From Verrucomicrobiaceae bacterium (GTDB lineage: Bacteria > Verrucomicrobiota > Verrucomicrobiia > Verrucomicrobiales > Akkermansiaceae), in assembly GCA_051252135.1 (NCBI GenBank), contig JBPOGH010000007.1:64001-128000 (forward strand): a DNA stretch of 64,000 bases, given 5' to 3'. Position 1 is the stretch's first letter, and every line of letters starts with the position of its first letter. Below, piece by piece: positions 27,604-37,173 of this stretch. Made by a program: the position numbers and the translations under genes. The notes below the pieces were generated by a model that was not told the DNA's origin, did not search any database, and saw only the letters and a list, made by a program, of their open reading frames with translations.

Positions 27604-28564
27604 CGGAATCGGGCGCGTCGAGGCTCCGGTTTGGTTGTTGCGGCTTCATGCCGAGCTTATCGATGAGAGCGAGGTCTTTTTCGACAGCGGGATTTTGGGC
27701 GGTGAGGAGTTTGTCACCGTAGAAGATGGAGTTTGCTCCGGCGAAGAAGCAAAGGGTCTGGCCTTCTTCGGTGAGGTGGGTGCGTCCGGCGGAGAGGCGA
27801 ACCTTGGCCTTGGGGAGGGCGATGCGGGCGATGGCGATGATGCGGACGAGCTCGAAGATATCGACGCCTTTGTTTTCCGCCATGGGGGTGCCGGGCATGG
27901 GCATGAGGGAGTTGATGGGGACGGACTCGGGTTGCGGGTTGAACTCCGAGATGACCTCGAGCATGCGGAGGCGGTCCTTGGTGTCTTCACCGAGGCCGAG
28001 GATGCCGCCGCAGCAGATGGACATGCCGGCATCCTGCGCGTGGCGGATGGTGTTGAGGCGGTCCTGGAAGGTGTGGGTGGTGACGACGTTGGGGTAGTGC
28101 TCTGGGGAGGTGTCGATGTTGTGATTGTAAGCGGTGACGCCGGCGTCCTTGAGGGCGACGGCTTCATCGGGACCGAGTTCACCGAGGGTGACGCAGACTT
28201 CCATGCCGAGTTCGGAGACGTCATTGATGATCTCGAGGACCTGGTCGAAGCGTTTGGTTCCGGAGCGGACACCGCGCCAGGCGGCGCCCATGCAGAAGCG
28301 GGTGGAGCCGTTTTCACGGGCGGCTTTTGCGCGCTCCATGATGTCGCATTTTTCCATGAGGCGCTCGGCATCGACTCCGCTCTTGTAGCGGGCGGACTGG
28401 GCGCAGTAGGAGCAATCCTCCGAGCATCCACCGGTTTTGATGGAAAGGAGGGTGCAGAGTTGAACTTCGGCGGCGGGCCAGTGTTCTTCGTGCGTGGTGC
28501 GTGCTTTCTGAAGGAGTTCGAAAAGCGGGAGGTTGTAGAGGGCTTCGAGATCGTTGTAGGTCAT
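27569..28564 (-). CDS. bioB: Biotin synthase
   Basis: CSEDCSYC radical-SAM motif, YNHNIDT, ESVPIN, GANSIF.GDKLLT. Confidence 0.97.
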   Translation of the reverse strand: MTYNDLEALYNLPLFELLQKARTTHEEHWPAAEVQLCTLLSIKTGGCSEDCSYCAQSARYKSGVDAERLMEKCDIMERAKAARENGSTRFCMGAAWRGVRSGTKRFDQVLEIINDVSELGMEVCVTLGELGPDEAVALKDAGVTAYNHNIDTSPEHYPNVVTTHTFQDRLNTIRHAQDAGMSICCGGILGLGEDTKDRLRMLEVISEFNPQPESVPINSLMPMPGTPMAENKGVDIFELVRIIAIARIALPKAKVRLSAGRTHLTEEGQTLCFFAGANSIFYGDKLLTAQNPAVEKDLALIDKLGMKPQQPNRSLDAPDSDDARPREPQLA

Positions 28565-28582
28565 CGCAATATGGAGAAAAGG

Positions 28583-29260
28583 TTAGCGGATCCACGAACC
28601 GTTGACGGTCGGGAGTTTTCCGAAGGAGAGGGCGGAGTAGTCGGTCTTGCCGCGGGCGCCAATGAGTTTGACGCCGATATGAGAGTGCCAGATTTGGCTC
28701 ATGCTTTCGCCGGTGTGGCATCCGTAGCTTTGGCAGAGGGCGTTTCTGCTGAAGACGCTGCTGCGGATTTTGCGGAGGTCGTTCTCGTGAATCCACGCCT
28801 GGCTGACGGCCATGATGTCGCTGCCGTAGTCGAGGAGGAAGCAGTGTTTATTGGAGTGTCCGAAGAAATCGAAGGTGACGATGGATCGTTTGGGGCGGGA
28901 GTTGATGGCGGCGATGGCCTGATCGCCGGAGTTGAACCAGATGAGTTTGGCGTTTCGCTTGGTGGCCTGCTCGGTGATCCAGGTGGTGTAGGGTTTGGAG
29001 TCCTCGCGACCGCGCTGGATGTATCCGGGGCGATAAACGATCCAGGTGACGCGGGCGTCTTTTCCGTAGGCGCGCCGGAGTTGGTCCATGCGCATGGTGG
29101 AGGCGCGGACGAAGTTGGCCCACCATTTGTCATGGCGGTCCTTTTCGACGCGGAGGTTCTCCCACTTGCGGAGGGCGGGGCCGCCACAGAGAATGACGTG
29201 CTCATCCGCAGAGGCCGGGGCCGCGAAGGTTAGGAGCAGAAGAAAATACCAAATCCTCAT
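28583..29260 (-). CDS. Secreted hypothetical protein with a possible His-Cys peptidase dyad
   Basis: Signal peptide MRIWYFLLLLTFAAPASA; FDFFGHS and SYGCHTG motifs. Confidence 0.7.
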   Translation of the reverse strand: MRIWYFLLLLTFAAPASADEHVILCGGPALRKWENLRVEKDRHDKWWANFVRASTMRMDQLRRAYGKDARVTWIVYRPGYIQRGREDSKPYTTWITEQATKRNAKLIWFNSGDQAIAAINSRPKRSIVTFDFFGHSNKHCFLLDYGSDIMAVSQAWIHENDLRKIRSSVFSRNALCQSYGCHTGESMSQIWHSHIGVKLIGARGKTDYSALSFGKLPTVNGSWIR

Positions 29261-29291
29261 GTGGAAAGAATGACCTTTAAGTGAAGGGGGT

Positions 29292-30428
29292 TCAAGACCG
29301 GACCGCTTGGACGAAGGTATCGAGGGCATTCTTGAGGCGGGCGGTTTGGGTGCCGAAGTTCATGCGAACGCAACCGGAGTGGCCGAAGAAGGTGCCGTCC
29401 GAGAGGAAGAGGCCTGCTTTTTCGGCTTTTGCCATGGGGTTATCGACTTCCATTTCCCGGCAGTCGATCCAGGCGAGGTAGGTGGCCTCGATATCGGGGA
29501 TCCGGACGTCGGGGAGTTCGGAGCGGAGGGTATTGGTGAGGAGGTCCCGGTTGGTGCGGAGGTAGGCGAGGAGTTCCTGACGCCAGGGTTCGCCGTGCTT
29601 GTAGGCGGCCTCGGCGGCGTAGTAGGCGAGGCAGTTGATCTCGGCGAGGGTGTGGCCTTTGGCGGCGTTGAACTTCCGGCGAAGGGTGTCGTTTGGGATG
29701 ACGGCGAAGGCGTATCCGAGTCCGGCGATGTTGTAGGTCTTGCTGGGGGCGAGGAGGGTGATGGTGTTTTGCTGAAGCTCCGTAGGGAGGTTGAGGGCCG
29801 AGAAGTGAGGCGTCTTGTCCTCGTCGAGGATGAGGTCGCAGTGGATTTCATCGGAGAGGAGGATGATGTTGTGGCGCAGGCAGAATTCAGCGAGCTTGGT
29901 GATCTCCTCTTTTGAAAAGGCGCGGCCCAGAGGGTTTGCGGGATTGCTGAGAAGGAAGACCTTGGTGCGGGAGGTGACTGTTTTCTCGAGTCCGTCCCAA
30001 TCGAAGGTCCATTGGTCGTCGATTTTTACGTGGTCGACAGTTTGCAGTTCCATGGCGGCGTCTTTGTGAGTGCCGAGGAAGGGTGGGTAGACGGGGGTGC
30101 AGGTGAGGGCGGCGTCGCCAGGTGACCCAAAGGCCCGGGCTCCGAGGGAGAGGGCGGGGACGAGGCCTCCGAGGTGGACAATTTTATCTTCATCCACTTC
30201 AACGCCGATGCGGTCGGAGAGGTAAGACTGAAGTGTGTCTACGAGTGATTGATGGGGGACGGCGTAGCCGAAGACTCCGTGATCGACGCGACTGCGGATG
30301 GCGTCGATGACTTCGGGAGGTGACGTGAAATCCATGTCGGCGACCCAAAGGGGATCCAGATCGGGTCGACGGTCCCATTTAAGTGATCCGGTGCCACGGC
30401 GGGCGATTTCGTGGTCGAAATTTGGCAT
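29292..30428 (-). CDS. patB: MalY/PatB-family PLP-dependent C-S lyase
   Basis: WVADMDF, NPANPLG, SDEIH, APSKTYNIAGL. Confidence 0.9.
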   Translation of the reverse strand: MPNFDHEIARRGTGSLKWDRRPDLDPLWVADMDFTSPPEVIDAIRSRVDHGVFGYAVPHQSLVDTLQSYLSDRIGVEVDEDKIVHLGGLVPALSLGARAFGSPGDAALTCTPVYPPFLGTHKDAAMELQTVDHVKIDDQWTFDWDGLEKTVTSRTKVFLLSNPANPLGRAFSKEEITKLAEFCLRHNIILLSDEIHCDLILDEDKTPHFSALNLPTELQQNTITLLAPSKTYNIAGLGYAFAVIPNDTLRRKFNAAKGHTLAEINCLAYYAAEAAYKHGEPWRQELLAYLRTNRDLLTNTLRSELPDVRIPDIEATYLAWIDCREMEVDNPMAKAEKAGLFLSDGTFFGHSGCVRMNFGTQTARLKNALDTFVQAVRS

Positions 30429-30585
30429 GAGGGTGTTTTAGCCGAAAGGGCGGGGATTGCAACCGAGACGGAAGGTTAATTAACATGAAAAAAGCGTAAA
30501 AACCCCTGATGGAATAAGGGTTTCTGTGAACAAGTCACGCATTTAAGAGCTTGAGATATTTAACTTTTCCTTAATAATCTCTTCC

Positions 30586-31215
30586 ATGCGTTGTGATTCC
30601 CGTCAAATGGAATTCGGTTTCGATCGAACCGCCCGCGATGAGACTGCTGTTCTGGAAGTTAAGTCATCGCCGGGGATCACGGAAGCCTGTTCACGCTTCA
30701 TGGGAATAGACGAAGAACTTACTGCGGTGTGTGTCAGGCTTTGCCTGATGTTGGGGCTTACGGAGTTAGCAGCTCGGGTGGGGGTGGAGTGGAATCCGCG
30801 TATGCGTTCGACAGCGGGTCGGGCGACGTGGCCGGTCTGTCTGATCGAGTTGAATACGCGGCTGCCCAAGATTTCCGCAGAGGAAGTGCGGCGCACGCTG
30901 CTTCACGAGTTGGCCCATCTGGTTACCTACGAACGTCTGGGTCACGGAAATGTGGCTCCTCATGGGATCGAGTGGCAGGAGGCTTGTTCTGATCTCGGGA
31001 TTCCAGGGGAGACGGCGACGCACCGATTGAATCTTCCGAGCCGTTCGTTGAAGCGCCAGTGGAAATATTTGTGCCGGAGTTGTGGCACGAGTATCGAGCG
31101 GGTGCGCCGATTCAAGGGGCGTGTTGCGTGCTACAGTTGCTGTCGCGAGACCAATTCAGGTGACTACGACGAGCGCTTCCGGTTGGTGGAGGTCAATCTG
31201 GAATTGAGCCAGTAG
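30586..31215 (+). CDS. SprT-like zinc metalloprotease
   Basis: LLHELAH, PHGIEW and a C-terminal CxxC...CxxC zinc ribbon. Confidence 0.88.
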   Translation: MRCDSRQMEFGFDRTARDETAVLEVKSSPGITEACSRFMGIDEELTAVCVRLCLMLGLTELAARVGVEWNPRMRSTAGRATWPVCLIELNTRLPKISAEEVRRTLLHELAHLVTYERLGHGNVAPHGIEWQEACSDLGIPGETATHRLNLPSRSLKRQWKYLCRSCGTSIERVRRFKGRVACYSCCRETNSGDYDERFRLVEVNLELSQ

Positions 31216-31231
31216 AACGGCGGGGGGCGGG

Positions 31232-32152
31232 TTATGCGCCGATCTTATTTTTCTTAAGTTCGATTTCGCGAAACTTGCTGGGAGAGCAGCCGACGAGCTT
31301 GGCGAAGGAGCGGTTGAACTGGGAGAGAGATTGGAATCCCACTTTGAAGGCGATGTCTGAAATGCGTGCCGATGGACGAAGGAGTTCCTTGCGGGCCCAA
31401 CTGATGCGGGCGCGGGTGGTGTATTCGGTGACGGTGAGTTTGGTCACTTCTTTGAAGGTTCGGCAGAAGTGGGATTCGCTGAGGCCGGCGATGCGGGCGA
31501 GGTCGGTAAGAGGGACGGGCTCGTCGAGCTTGGCGTGGATGAGCTTACGGGCTTTGGCGATGGCTTCGGGCTCGCTGCCATCCATGACGACGGCAAGGTT
31601 TTCAGCTTGCTGGGAGAGTTGGTCACCGAAGGTTTCCAGGAGGAGGATCATGCTGTCGTAGCGTTTGGGATCGACCGTTTTGGTTTGGAAGTAGGCGGCG
31701 TGGAGGATCTCGCGTTGGTCGCTTTTGAAACCGTTCTTTTCCAGTCGGATCATCACGCGGTCGAAGTCGGCCTCGGATGGCTGCTGTCGGAAAACCTGAC
31801 CTGTTTTAAGGAAGCCGAGGGTGACGGCGCCGAGGCGGACGGGGACGGCGGTGGCACAGAGGCCGGAGAAGCAGCCACAGGTCATGGGGCCGTCGACTTC
31901 GACTTTTTCAAGGAGTTTGCGGTTGGTTTCGACGCACTCCTTGCAGGCGATCTTGCACTTGTTGATGATCTCGCAGAAGGGGCTCTGGTTTTCATGATGC
32001 TCGGTGAGACACCATTCCTCGTCCATGCGCATGAATCGGAGGGGGAGGCCGGTGGCGAGGCGGAAAGCATCTTCATAAGCCGTGAATTGCTCCGAGGACC
32101 GGAGGCGCTCAAAAACGACCTTTTCGAAGGAGGGGAGCGAGGATTCAGGCAT
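31232..32152 (-). CDS. AraC-family regulator with a Cys-rich PocR-type sensor domain
   Basis: N-terminal ATGLPL...SPFC...C..C...C.CFSGL..TAVPV; C-terminal double HTH (ISDIAFKVGFQSLSQFNRSF). Confidence 0.9.
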   Translation of the reverse strand: MPESSLPSFEKVVFERLRSSEQFTAYEDAFRLATGLPLRFMRMDEEWCLTEHHENQSPFCEIINKCKIACKECVETNRKLLEKVEVDGPMTCGCFSGLCATAVPVRLGAVTLGFLKTGQVFRQQPSEADFDRVMIRLEKNGFKSDQREILHAAYFQTKTVDPKRYDSMILLLETFGDQLSQQAENLAVVMDGSEPEAIAKARKLIHAKLDEPVPLTDLARIAGLSESHFCRTFKEVTKLTVTEYTTRARISWARKELLRPSARISDIAFKVGFQSLSQFNRSFAKLVGCSPSKFREIELKKNKIGA

Positions 32153-32271
32153 CAATGTTTCCGGGAAGTCGCGGGAGACTAGCGGAGACTTAGGGGGAGA
32201 TCAAGGGTGCTCGGCCTTTTTAAAACCCCAGTAAATCGATCAGATTCGCCAAGAATAGGGGTGGGAATCTG

Positions 32272-34662
32272 CTATGAAGTTTGTTCGGTGAGGAGGTTGG
32301 ATATTGGCGACGGGGCTTTGTGTGAGTTTGAGGGAGAGGTCTTGATGGGGCGTCTGGCGATGAGGAGGCTGATGACCGAACTGGCGGGCATGAGGATGGC
32401 GGCGACGAGGGGGGTCATGTGTCCGGTGACGCAGGCGGAGATGGCGGCCAGGTTGTAAAGGATGGTGAAGCCGAGAATGAGAATGGCGGTGTGGTGCCGC
32501 CAGCGGGCGAGAGCGAAGAGCGTGGGGAGGAAGGAGAGGCCGGGACAGGTGAAGACGAAGTCGGCGGTACGGTCGAGGAGGGAGCGGTCGGCGACGGGGG
32601 TTCCGGAGACGGTGGCGGCTGCGAAAGCGAGGGTGTCGTTCATGCCATCGCCGAGGTAGAGTGAGGGTGAGAGTTGTTGGACGAGCTTTTCCTTATCTTC
32701 GGGAGCGAGGGCGCCGTGGCTTTGGTTGGCGGGGATGCCGAGGGATTCGGCGAGAGCGGTGACGCGGGATGACTGGTCGCCGGAGAGGATGTGGAGGGAG
32801 TGGGATAGGCCGAGGTTTTTGAAGGATTGAATGGCGCGGGGGCGGAGGGATTCACGGAAGTGGAAGCGGGCGACGAGTTGTCCGTCGCGAGAGAGTTCGC
32901 AGGAGAGGGAGTCGGTTTTTTCGGTGGTGAAGGAGTCTTTTCCGAGCCAGCCGGGTTTGCCGAGGGTCCAGGTGTGGTTGGCGACGGTGAGGCTGCTGCC
33001 GAGTCCGGGGTGGTTGGTGATGGGGGAATTTTGTGAGGTGGATTTTTCCTGATGGGGGAGGTGTTGGAAGAGGGAACGGGAGAGGGGGTGGAGGGAGCCG
33101 ATGGTGAGGAGTTGAAGGGCTTTGAGGGCTTCGGGTGGGAGGGTGTTGAGGGTGGCGGGATTGGTGAACTCCGGGGTTTCGAAAGTGAGGGTTCCGGTTT
33201 TATCGAAGATGAGATGCCTGATGCGGGTGAGGGCGGGCCAGATGGCGGGGTTTTGGATGAAGACGCCGGTGCGGGCGAGGGCGGCGGAGGCGCGGCGGTC
33301 GAGGAGGGGGATGGCGACGCCGATGGCGCAGGGGCAGGAAACGATGAAGATGGAGATGGTGGTCTGGAGTGCTTCGAGGGGAGCTTTTCCGAGGGCGATC
33401 CAGGTGAGGCCGGAGGTGATGCCGAGGATGATGATGGTGAGGAGGTAGTATTTGAGGATTGTTTGGAGATGGGGGGAGGATTCCTGACGGGCTTCCTGGC
33501 GGGTGAGTCGGGAGACGAGTGAATCGGGATAGGATTCGAGGGCGGAGATGGTGACGGGATTTGCGCCGACGGGGATGGCACCGGCGGGGACGGTGGCGGA
33601 TTCTGCGAAGGTCCGGGCGTCTGGCTCGCCGGTCATCCAGGCGAGTGAGAAGTCGCCGGAGTCCCCGAGGAGGCGGCCGGCGACGGGGAGGGCCTGACCG
33701 GGTTGGATGGCGAGTTTGTCACCGGGAGCGATCGCTTCGGTTTGTTTTTGCGAGCCGTCTTCCAGTTGGATGGTGGAGGGGATGGCGGATTGGCCCTGGA
33801 GTTGGCTTTGGGCGCGCTCGGAGGCGGCGAGGTGGAGGTAGCGGCCGCCGAGCATGAGGAGGGTGAAGGTGGCGACGAAATCGAAGTAAATGAGGTGACG
33901 TTCTCCGGCGAGCCAGCCGATGATGGAGCCGAGGTAGGCGGCGAGGAGGCCGAGGGCGATGGGGAGGTCGATGTGGATGCTGCGGTGGCGGATGGCCGCG
34001 AGGGCTTTGTTGAAGAAGTAGGTGCCTCCGATGAGGAGCGCGAAGGTTGAGGAGACAAAAGAGATGAGCTCGAAGAGTCCGGCATAGGGGAAGGACTCAT
34101 CCATGCCGAGGTAGCGCGGTAGGGTGAAGGCCATGGAGTTCATGGCGAAGGCGGAGCAGAGGCCGAGGCGTGGGATGAGCTTGCGGCTTTCGGATTTTTT
34201 GGCGGCGACGTTGGCGGGGTCTTCGAGGAGGTAACCGTAGCGGGGGAGTTCTTCGGCGAGGTCTGTGATGGCGGAGCTGCCGGTTTCCCAGGTGAATTCG
34301 GCTTCGGCACTGGCGGGGAAGACGGAACAGCGGACGGCTCCTTTTTTTTCGAGGAAGAGGCGTTCGATGAGCCAGACGCAACCAATGCAGGTGACGCCGC
34401 TGACGCGGAGGGTGAGGGATTGTTGGGTCTTGGAGGGGTCGAGTGAGGTGATGAGGCCTCCGAGCCAGTCGATTTGAGGTTTTTCGAAGGGGCGGTCTCC
34501 GACGGGGCGTCCGGATTGGTTGCCCTGGAGGCGGTAGAAATCGTCGAGTCCTTCACCGAGGAGGAGTTGGTTGACGAAGCGGCAGCCGGAGCAGCAGAAT
34601 TCGCTCTCTTGTTCAGAGGGAAGGAAGAGGGTGTGGCAATGGGTGCAGGGCTGCTCGTTCAT
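32272..34662 (-). CDS. ccoI: cbb3-associated P1B-type ATPase
   Basis: CTHC..CCSGC N-terminus, CIGC heavy-metal domain, CPC, DKTGT, GDGMND; cluster context. Confidence 0.9.
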   Translation of the reverse strand: MNEQPCTHCHTLFLPSEQESEFCCSGCRFVNQLLLGEGLDDFYRLQGNQSGRPVGDRPFEKPQIDWLGGLITSLDPSKTQQSLTLRVSGVTCIGCVWLIERLFLEKKGAVRCSVFPASAEAEFTWETGSSAITDLAEELPRYGYLLEDPANVAAKKSESRKLIPRLGLCSAFAMNSMAFTLPRYLGMDESFPYAGLFELISFVSSTFALLIGGTYFFNKALAAIRHRSIHIDLPIALGLLAAYLGSIIGWLAGERHLIYFDFVATFTLLMLGGRYLHLAASERAQSQLQGQSAIPSTIQLEDGSQKQTEAIAPGDKLAIQPGQALPVAGRLLGDSGDFSLAWMTGEPDARTFAESATVPAGAIPVGANPVTISALESYPDSLVSRLTRQEARQESSPHLQTILKYYLLTIIILGITSGLTWIALGKAPLEALQTTISIFIVSCPCAIGVAIPLLDRRASAALARTGVFIQNPAIWPALTRIRHLIFDKTGTLTFETPEFTNPATLNTLPPEALKALQLLTIGSLHPLSRSLFQHLPHQEKSTSQNSPITNHPGLGSSLTVANHTWTLGKPGWLGKDSFTTEKTDSLSCELSRDGQLVARFHFRESLRPRAIQSFKNLGLSHSLHILSGDQSSRVTALAESLGIPANQSHGALAPEDKEKLVQQLSPSLYLGDGMNDTLAFAAATVSGTPVADRSLLDRTADFVFTCPGLSFLPTLFALARWRHHTAILILGFTILYNLAAISACVTGHMTPLVAAILMPASSVISLLIARRPIKTSPSNSHKAPSPISNLLTEQTS

Positions 34663-35384
34663 CAGTGGCAGCAGGTGGGGAGTTCGGATTCTTCTGCGGG
34701 GGTGTCGGGCTCGGCGGCATGGGCTGAGAAGGTGGGGAGGGTGTCCTGGAGGCGCCACATCATGACGAGGGCGGCGATGACGGCGAGTCCGCGCTGGAGT
34801 TGCTGGAAGCGGAGGGCGGGCATGGCTTCGCGGAGCCGGGAGAAGGATTGTTGGGCAATCCAGAGGAGGGGGACGGTGCCGAGGCCGAAGGCGAGGGCGA
34901 ACTCGGCACCACGGAGGGGGCTGCCGCTGAGGAGAGTGGCGCCGAAGAGGAGGTAGAGGGGTCCGCAGGGGAGGAGGGGGGTGGCGAGGCCCATGATGAG
35001 GGCGCCTTTTCCGGCGGAGACCTTGAAGGAGCGGAAGCGGGCGCGGGCGACGATGCGGTCGAGCCATTGGGGGCGGGGAAGTTTTTTCCAGAGTCCCAAG
35101 GCGGTGATGATGAAGAGGGCGACGAGGAACCAGGGGAGGACGACGGCGGACGAGCCGAAGATCCAGCGGAGGGGTTGTTGGCCAATGCCACCGCAGATGG
35201 CACCGATGGAGGAGTAGGCGATGAGGCGGCCGAAGTGGTAGCCGAGGTAGGCGAGAAGGTTTCTGGTTTCCCCTTTGCCAACATGTCCCACCGAGCAAGC
35301 GAGCGGGCCGCACATGGCGACGCAGTGCACGCTGGTGACCAGCCCGGTGATGAGGGCGGCCGCTACGGTGAGGCTGGAATCCAT
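34662..35384 (-). CDS. DsbD_2/TauE-like membrane protein of cbb3 clusters
   Basis: SVHCVAMCGP, PCGPLY, FGLGTVP. Confidence 0.88.
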   Translation of the reverse strand: MDSSLTVAAALITGLVTSVHCVAMCGPLACSVGHVGKGETRNLLAYLGYHFGRLIAYSSIGAICGGIGQQPLRWIFGSSAVVLPWFLVALFIITALGLWKKLPRPQWLDRIVARARFRSFKVSAGKGALIMGLATPLLPCGPLYLLFGATLLSGSPLRGAEFALAFGLGTVPLLWIAQQSFSRLREAMPALRFQQLQRGLAVIAALVMMWRLQDTLPTFSAHAAEPDTPAEESELPTCCH

Positions 35385-35534
35385 TTAGCGTTGGGGAGTG
35401 TGGCTCTCGATGGAGACCGGGACGGACTCGGCACGATGGCGGAGAGCGGCGGTGACGATCACGCTCCAGGCGCCGATGAGGATGACGAAGGCGAGAACTA
35501 CCAAGGTGGCCGGATGTTGGATGAGTGCTTTCAT
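35385..35534 (-). CDS. Small single-TM protein, possibly a minimal CcoH/FixH
   Basis: 49 aa with one TM helix, in the ccoH position after ccoG. Confidence 0.55.
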   Translation of the reverse strand: MKALIQHPATLVVLAFVILIGAWSVIVTAALRHRAESVPVSIESHTPQR

Positions 35535-35600
35535 TTCGAGGAGGATGATGGGGGAAACGGGGCGGATTTGACTCCGCATGGAATGATTTAGGGTGAGCGG

Positions 35601-37010
35601 TTATTGCTCGGTTTTTTTCAAGGAGGAGGGGTTGGGTCCGACGAATTTGAGGACGTGGGTGATGGAGACATCACCGGGTTGGCCGATGAGCTCGATGGTG
35701 AGCTCGCAAGGGCCGGTGTAATGTTGGTAGGGAACGAGGAGGATTGCGGGGCGGTTGGCCTCCTTTTGGGGAGCTACTTCGATGGTTTGACTGGAGCCGC
35801 TGAGTTCGAATCCTTCAGGGGCCTCGAGGAGGTTGACGGTGAAGGTGGCGGGCTGGTTTCTCTTATTTTGGATACGAATCTGGTAATTGTTCCGGACCGC
35901 TGATCCATCGGTGTAGAAGGGAGGGCCCGCCATGCGAGATGAGGTGAGGCTGTAGGGTTTGGCCTTTTGAACGGCGGCAAGGGAAAGGGCGGCAAGGCCA
36001 AGGCAACCGAGGAAGGCGTAGAGGAAAACGCGGGGACGGAGGAAGCGCTTCTTTTTTCCAGCAAGGCCATTGAGGGAATCGTAGCGGACGAGTCCCTTGG
36101 GGCGGTTGAGCTTGGTCATGATGTCATCACAGGCGTCGACACAGGCGGCGCAGCCGATGCACTCGAGCTGGAGGCCATTGCGGATGTCGATGCCGGTGGG
36201 GCAGACGTTGACGCAGCGGCGGCAGTCGACGCAGGAGCCGGCGTTGGGGTCTTTGGCTTTTCCACGAGGTTCGCCGCGGTCTTCATCGTATCCGATGATG
36301 ATGGTGTCGTCATCGGTCATGGCGGATTGGAGTCGGCCGTAGGGGCAGACCATGATGCAGAATTGCTCGCGGAAGTGGGCGAAGCAGAAATAGAAAGAGG
36401 CGGTGAGGAAGGCGACGATGCCGAAGGAGGTGAGGTGATCGAGAGGGCTTTCCTGAACGTATCCGTAGAGGCGCTCCAAGGAGACGAAGTAGGAGAGGAA
36501 GACGTGGGCGAGGAGGGCGGCGAAGAAGAGGTAGAGGCCGTGTTTGATGATGCGTTTGGTCGTTTTTGAGAATCCCCAGGGGGCGGCGTCGAGCTTGCGG
36601 CGGGCGGAGGAGTCGCCATCGACGATGCGTTCGATGCGCCGGAACACGTGTTCGAGAAAGACGGTGTATGGGCAGGCCCAGCCGCACCAGAGGCGCCCGA
36701 GAAGAGCGGTGAGAAAAAAGAGGGCGAATCCTGCGCCGGTGATGGCAAAAAACATGACCCAGAGGTCCTGGGGGGCGAGAGTGATGCCGAAGAAGTGGAA
36801 TTGACGTTCGGCGACATCGAGGAAGACGGCGGGGGCGTCATTGATGGTGATCCAGGGAAGGACGACGTAAACGATGAGGAGGAGAACGGCAAAGATGCGC
36901 CGGGCCAGCATGAAGGGGCCGGAGACGTCGGCGGGGTGGAGGACGTAGTGGGAGCCGTCCTGGTTGACCGTGGTGACGGAGTCGAGATTGGGGTTTTTGG
37001 TAGGACTCAC
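35601..37010 (-). CDS. ccoG: Cytochrome c oxidase accessory protein CcoG
   Basis: GRLWCGWACP, REQFCIMVCPY and two 4Fe-4S motifs (CVDCRRCVNVCP, CIGCAACVDAC); likely GTG start at 37010. Confidence 0.95.
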   Translation of the reverse strand: MSPTKNPNLDSVTTVNQDGSHYVLHPADVSGPFMLARRIFAVLLLIVYVVLPWITINDAPAVFLDVAERQFHFFGITLAPQDLWVMFFAITGAGFALFFLTALLGRLWCGWACPYTVFLEHVFRRIERIVDGDSSARRKLDAAPWGFSKTTKRIIKHGLYLFFAALLAHVFLSYFVSLERLYGYVQESPLDHLTSFGIVAFLTASFYFCFAHFREQFCIMVCPYGRLQSAMTDDDTIIIGYDEDRGEPRGKAKDPNAGSCVDCRRCVNVCPTGIDIRNGLQLECIGCAACVDACDDIMTKLNRPKGLVRYDSLNGLAGKKKRFLRPRVFLYAFLGCLGLAALSLAAVQKAKPYSLTSSRMAGPPFYTDGSAVRNNYQIRIQNKRNQPATFTVNLLEAPEGFELSGSSQTIEVAPQKEANRPAILLVPYQHYTGPCELTIELIGQPGDVSITHVLKFVGPNPSSLKKTEQ

Positions 37011-37040
37011 GGAGAGACTGTCGGTCAGATTGGTCTGGAT

Positions 37041-37069
37041 TGCTGCGCACTGATTGTCGAAGACTGTGC
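37041..37069 (-). promoter_or_regulatory. Conserved 29-bp box upstream of ccoG
   Basis: GCACAGTCTTCGACAATCAGTGCGCAGCA; 23/29 identical to 42816-42844. Confidence 0.7.
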
Positions 37070-37087
37070 GAGGGGTGAGGCGGCCGG

Positions 37088-37130
37088 GAAAAAAGGAACG
37101 CACCGGTTTCTTTGCAGAAAGCGATGCGTC
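37088..37130 (-). terminator. Intrinsic terminator after the outer-membrane protein gene
   Basis: Minus strand ggacgcatcgctttct-gcaa-agaaaccggtgcgttcc followed by a T-tract. Confidence 0.65.
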
Positions 37131-37173
37131 CTGATTCACCCCGTCAGGGAAGGCGTTTCAGATTGAGGCTGAT

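Noticed and set aside
27578..29233. Long plus-strand ORFs (551 aa here; also 43349-44821, 59228-60688, 9448-10572)
   Set aside because: Antisense shadows of well-supported minus-strand genes, caused by codon bias.
32272..35313. 1013-aa ATPase as given in the ORF track
   Set aside because: The Pro/Arg-rich extension is an alternative frame of the DsbD_2 gene; the real start is ATG at 34662.
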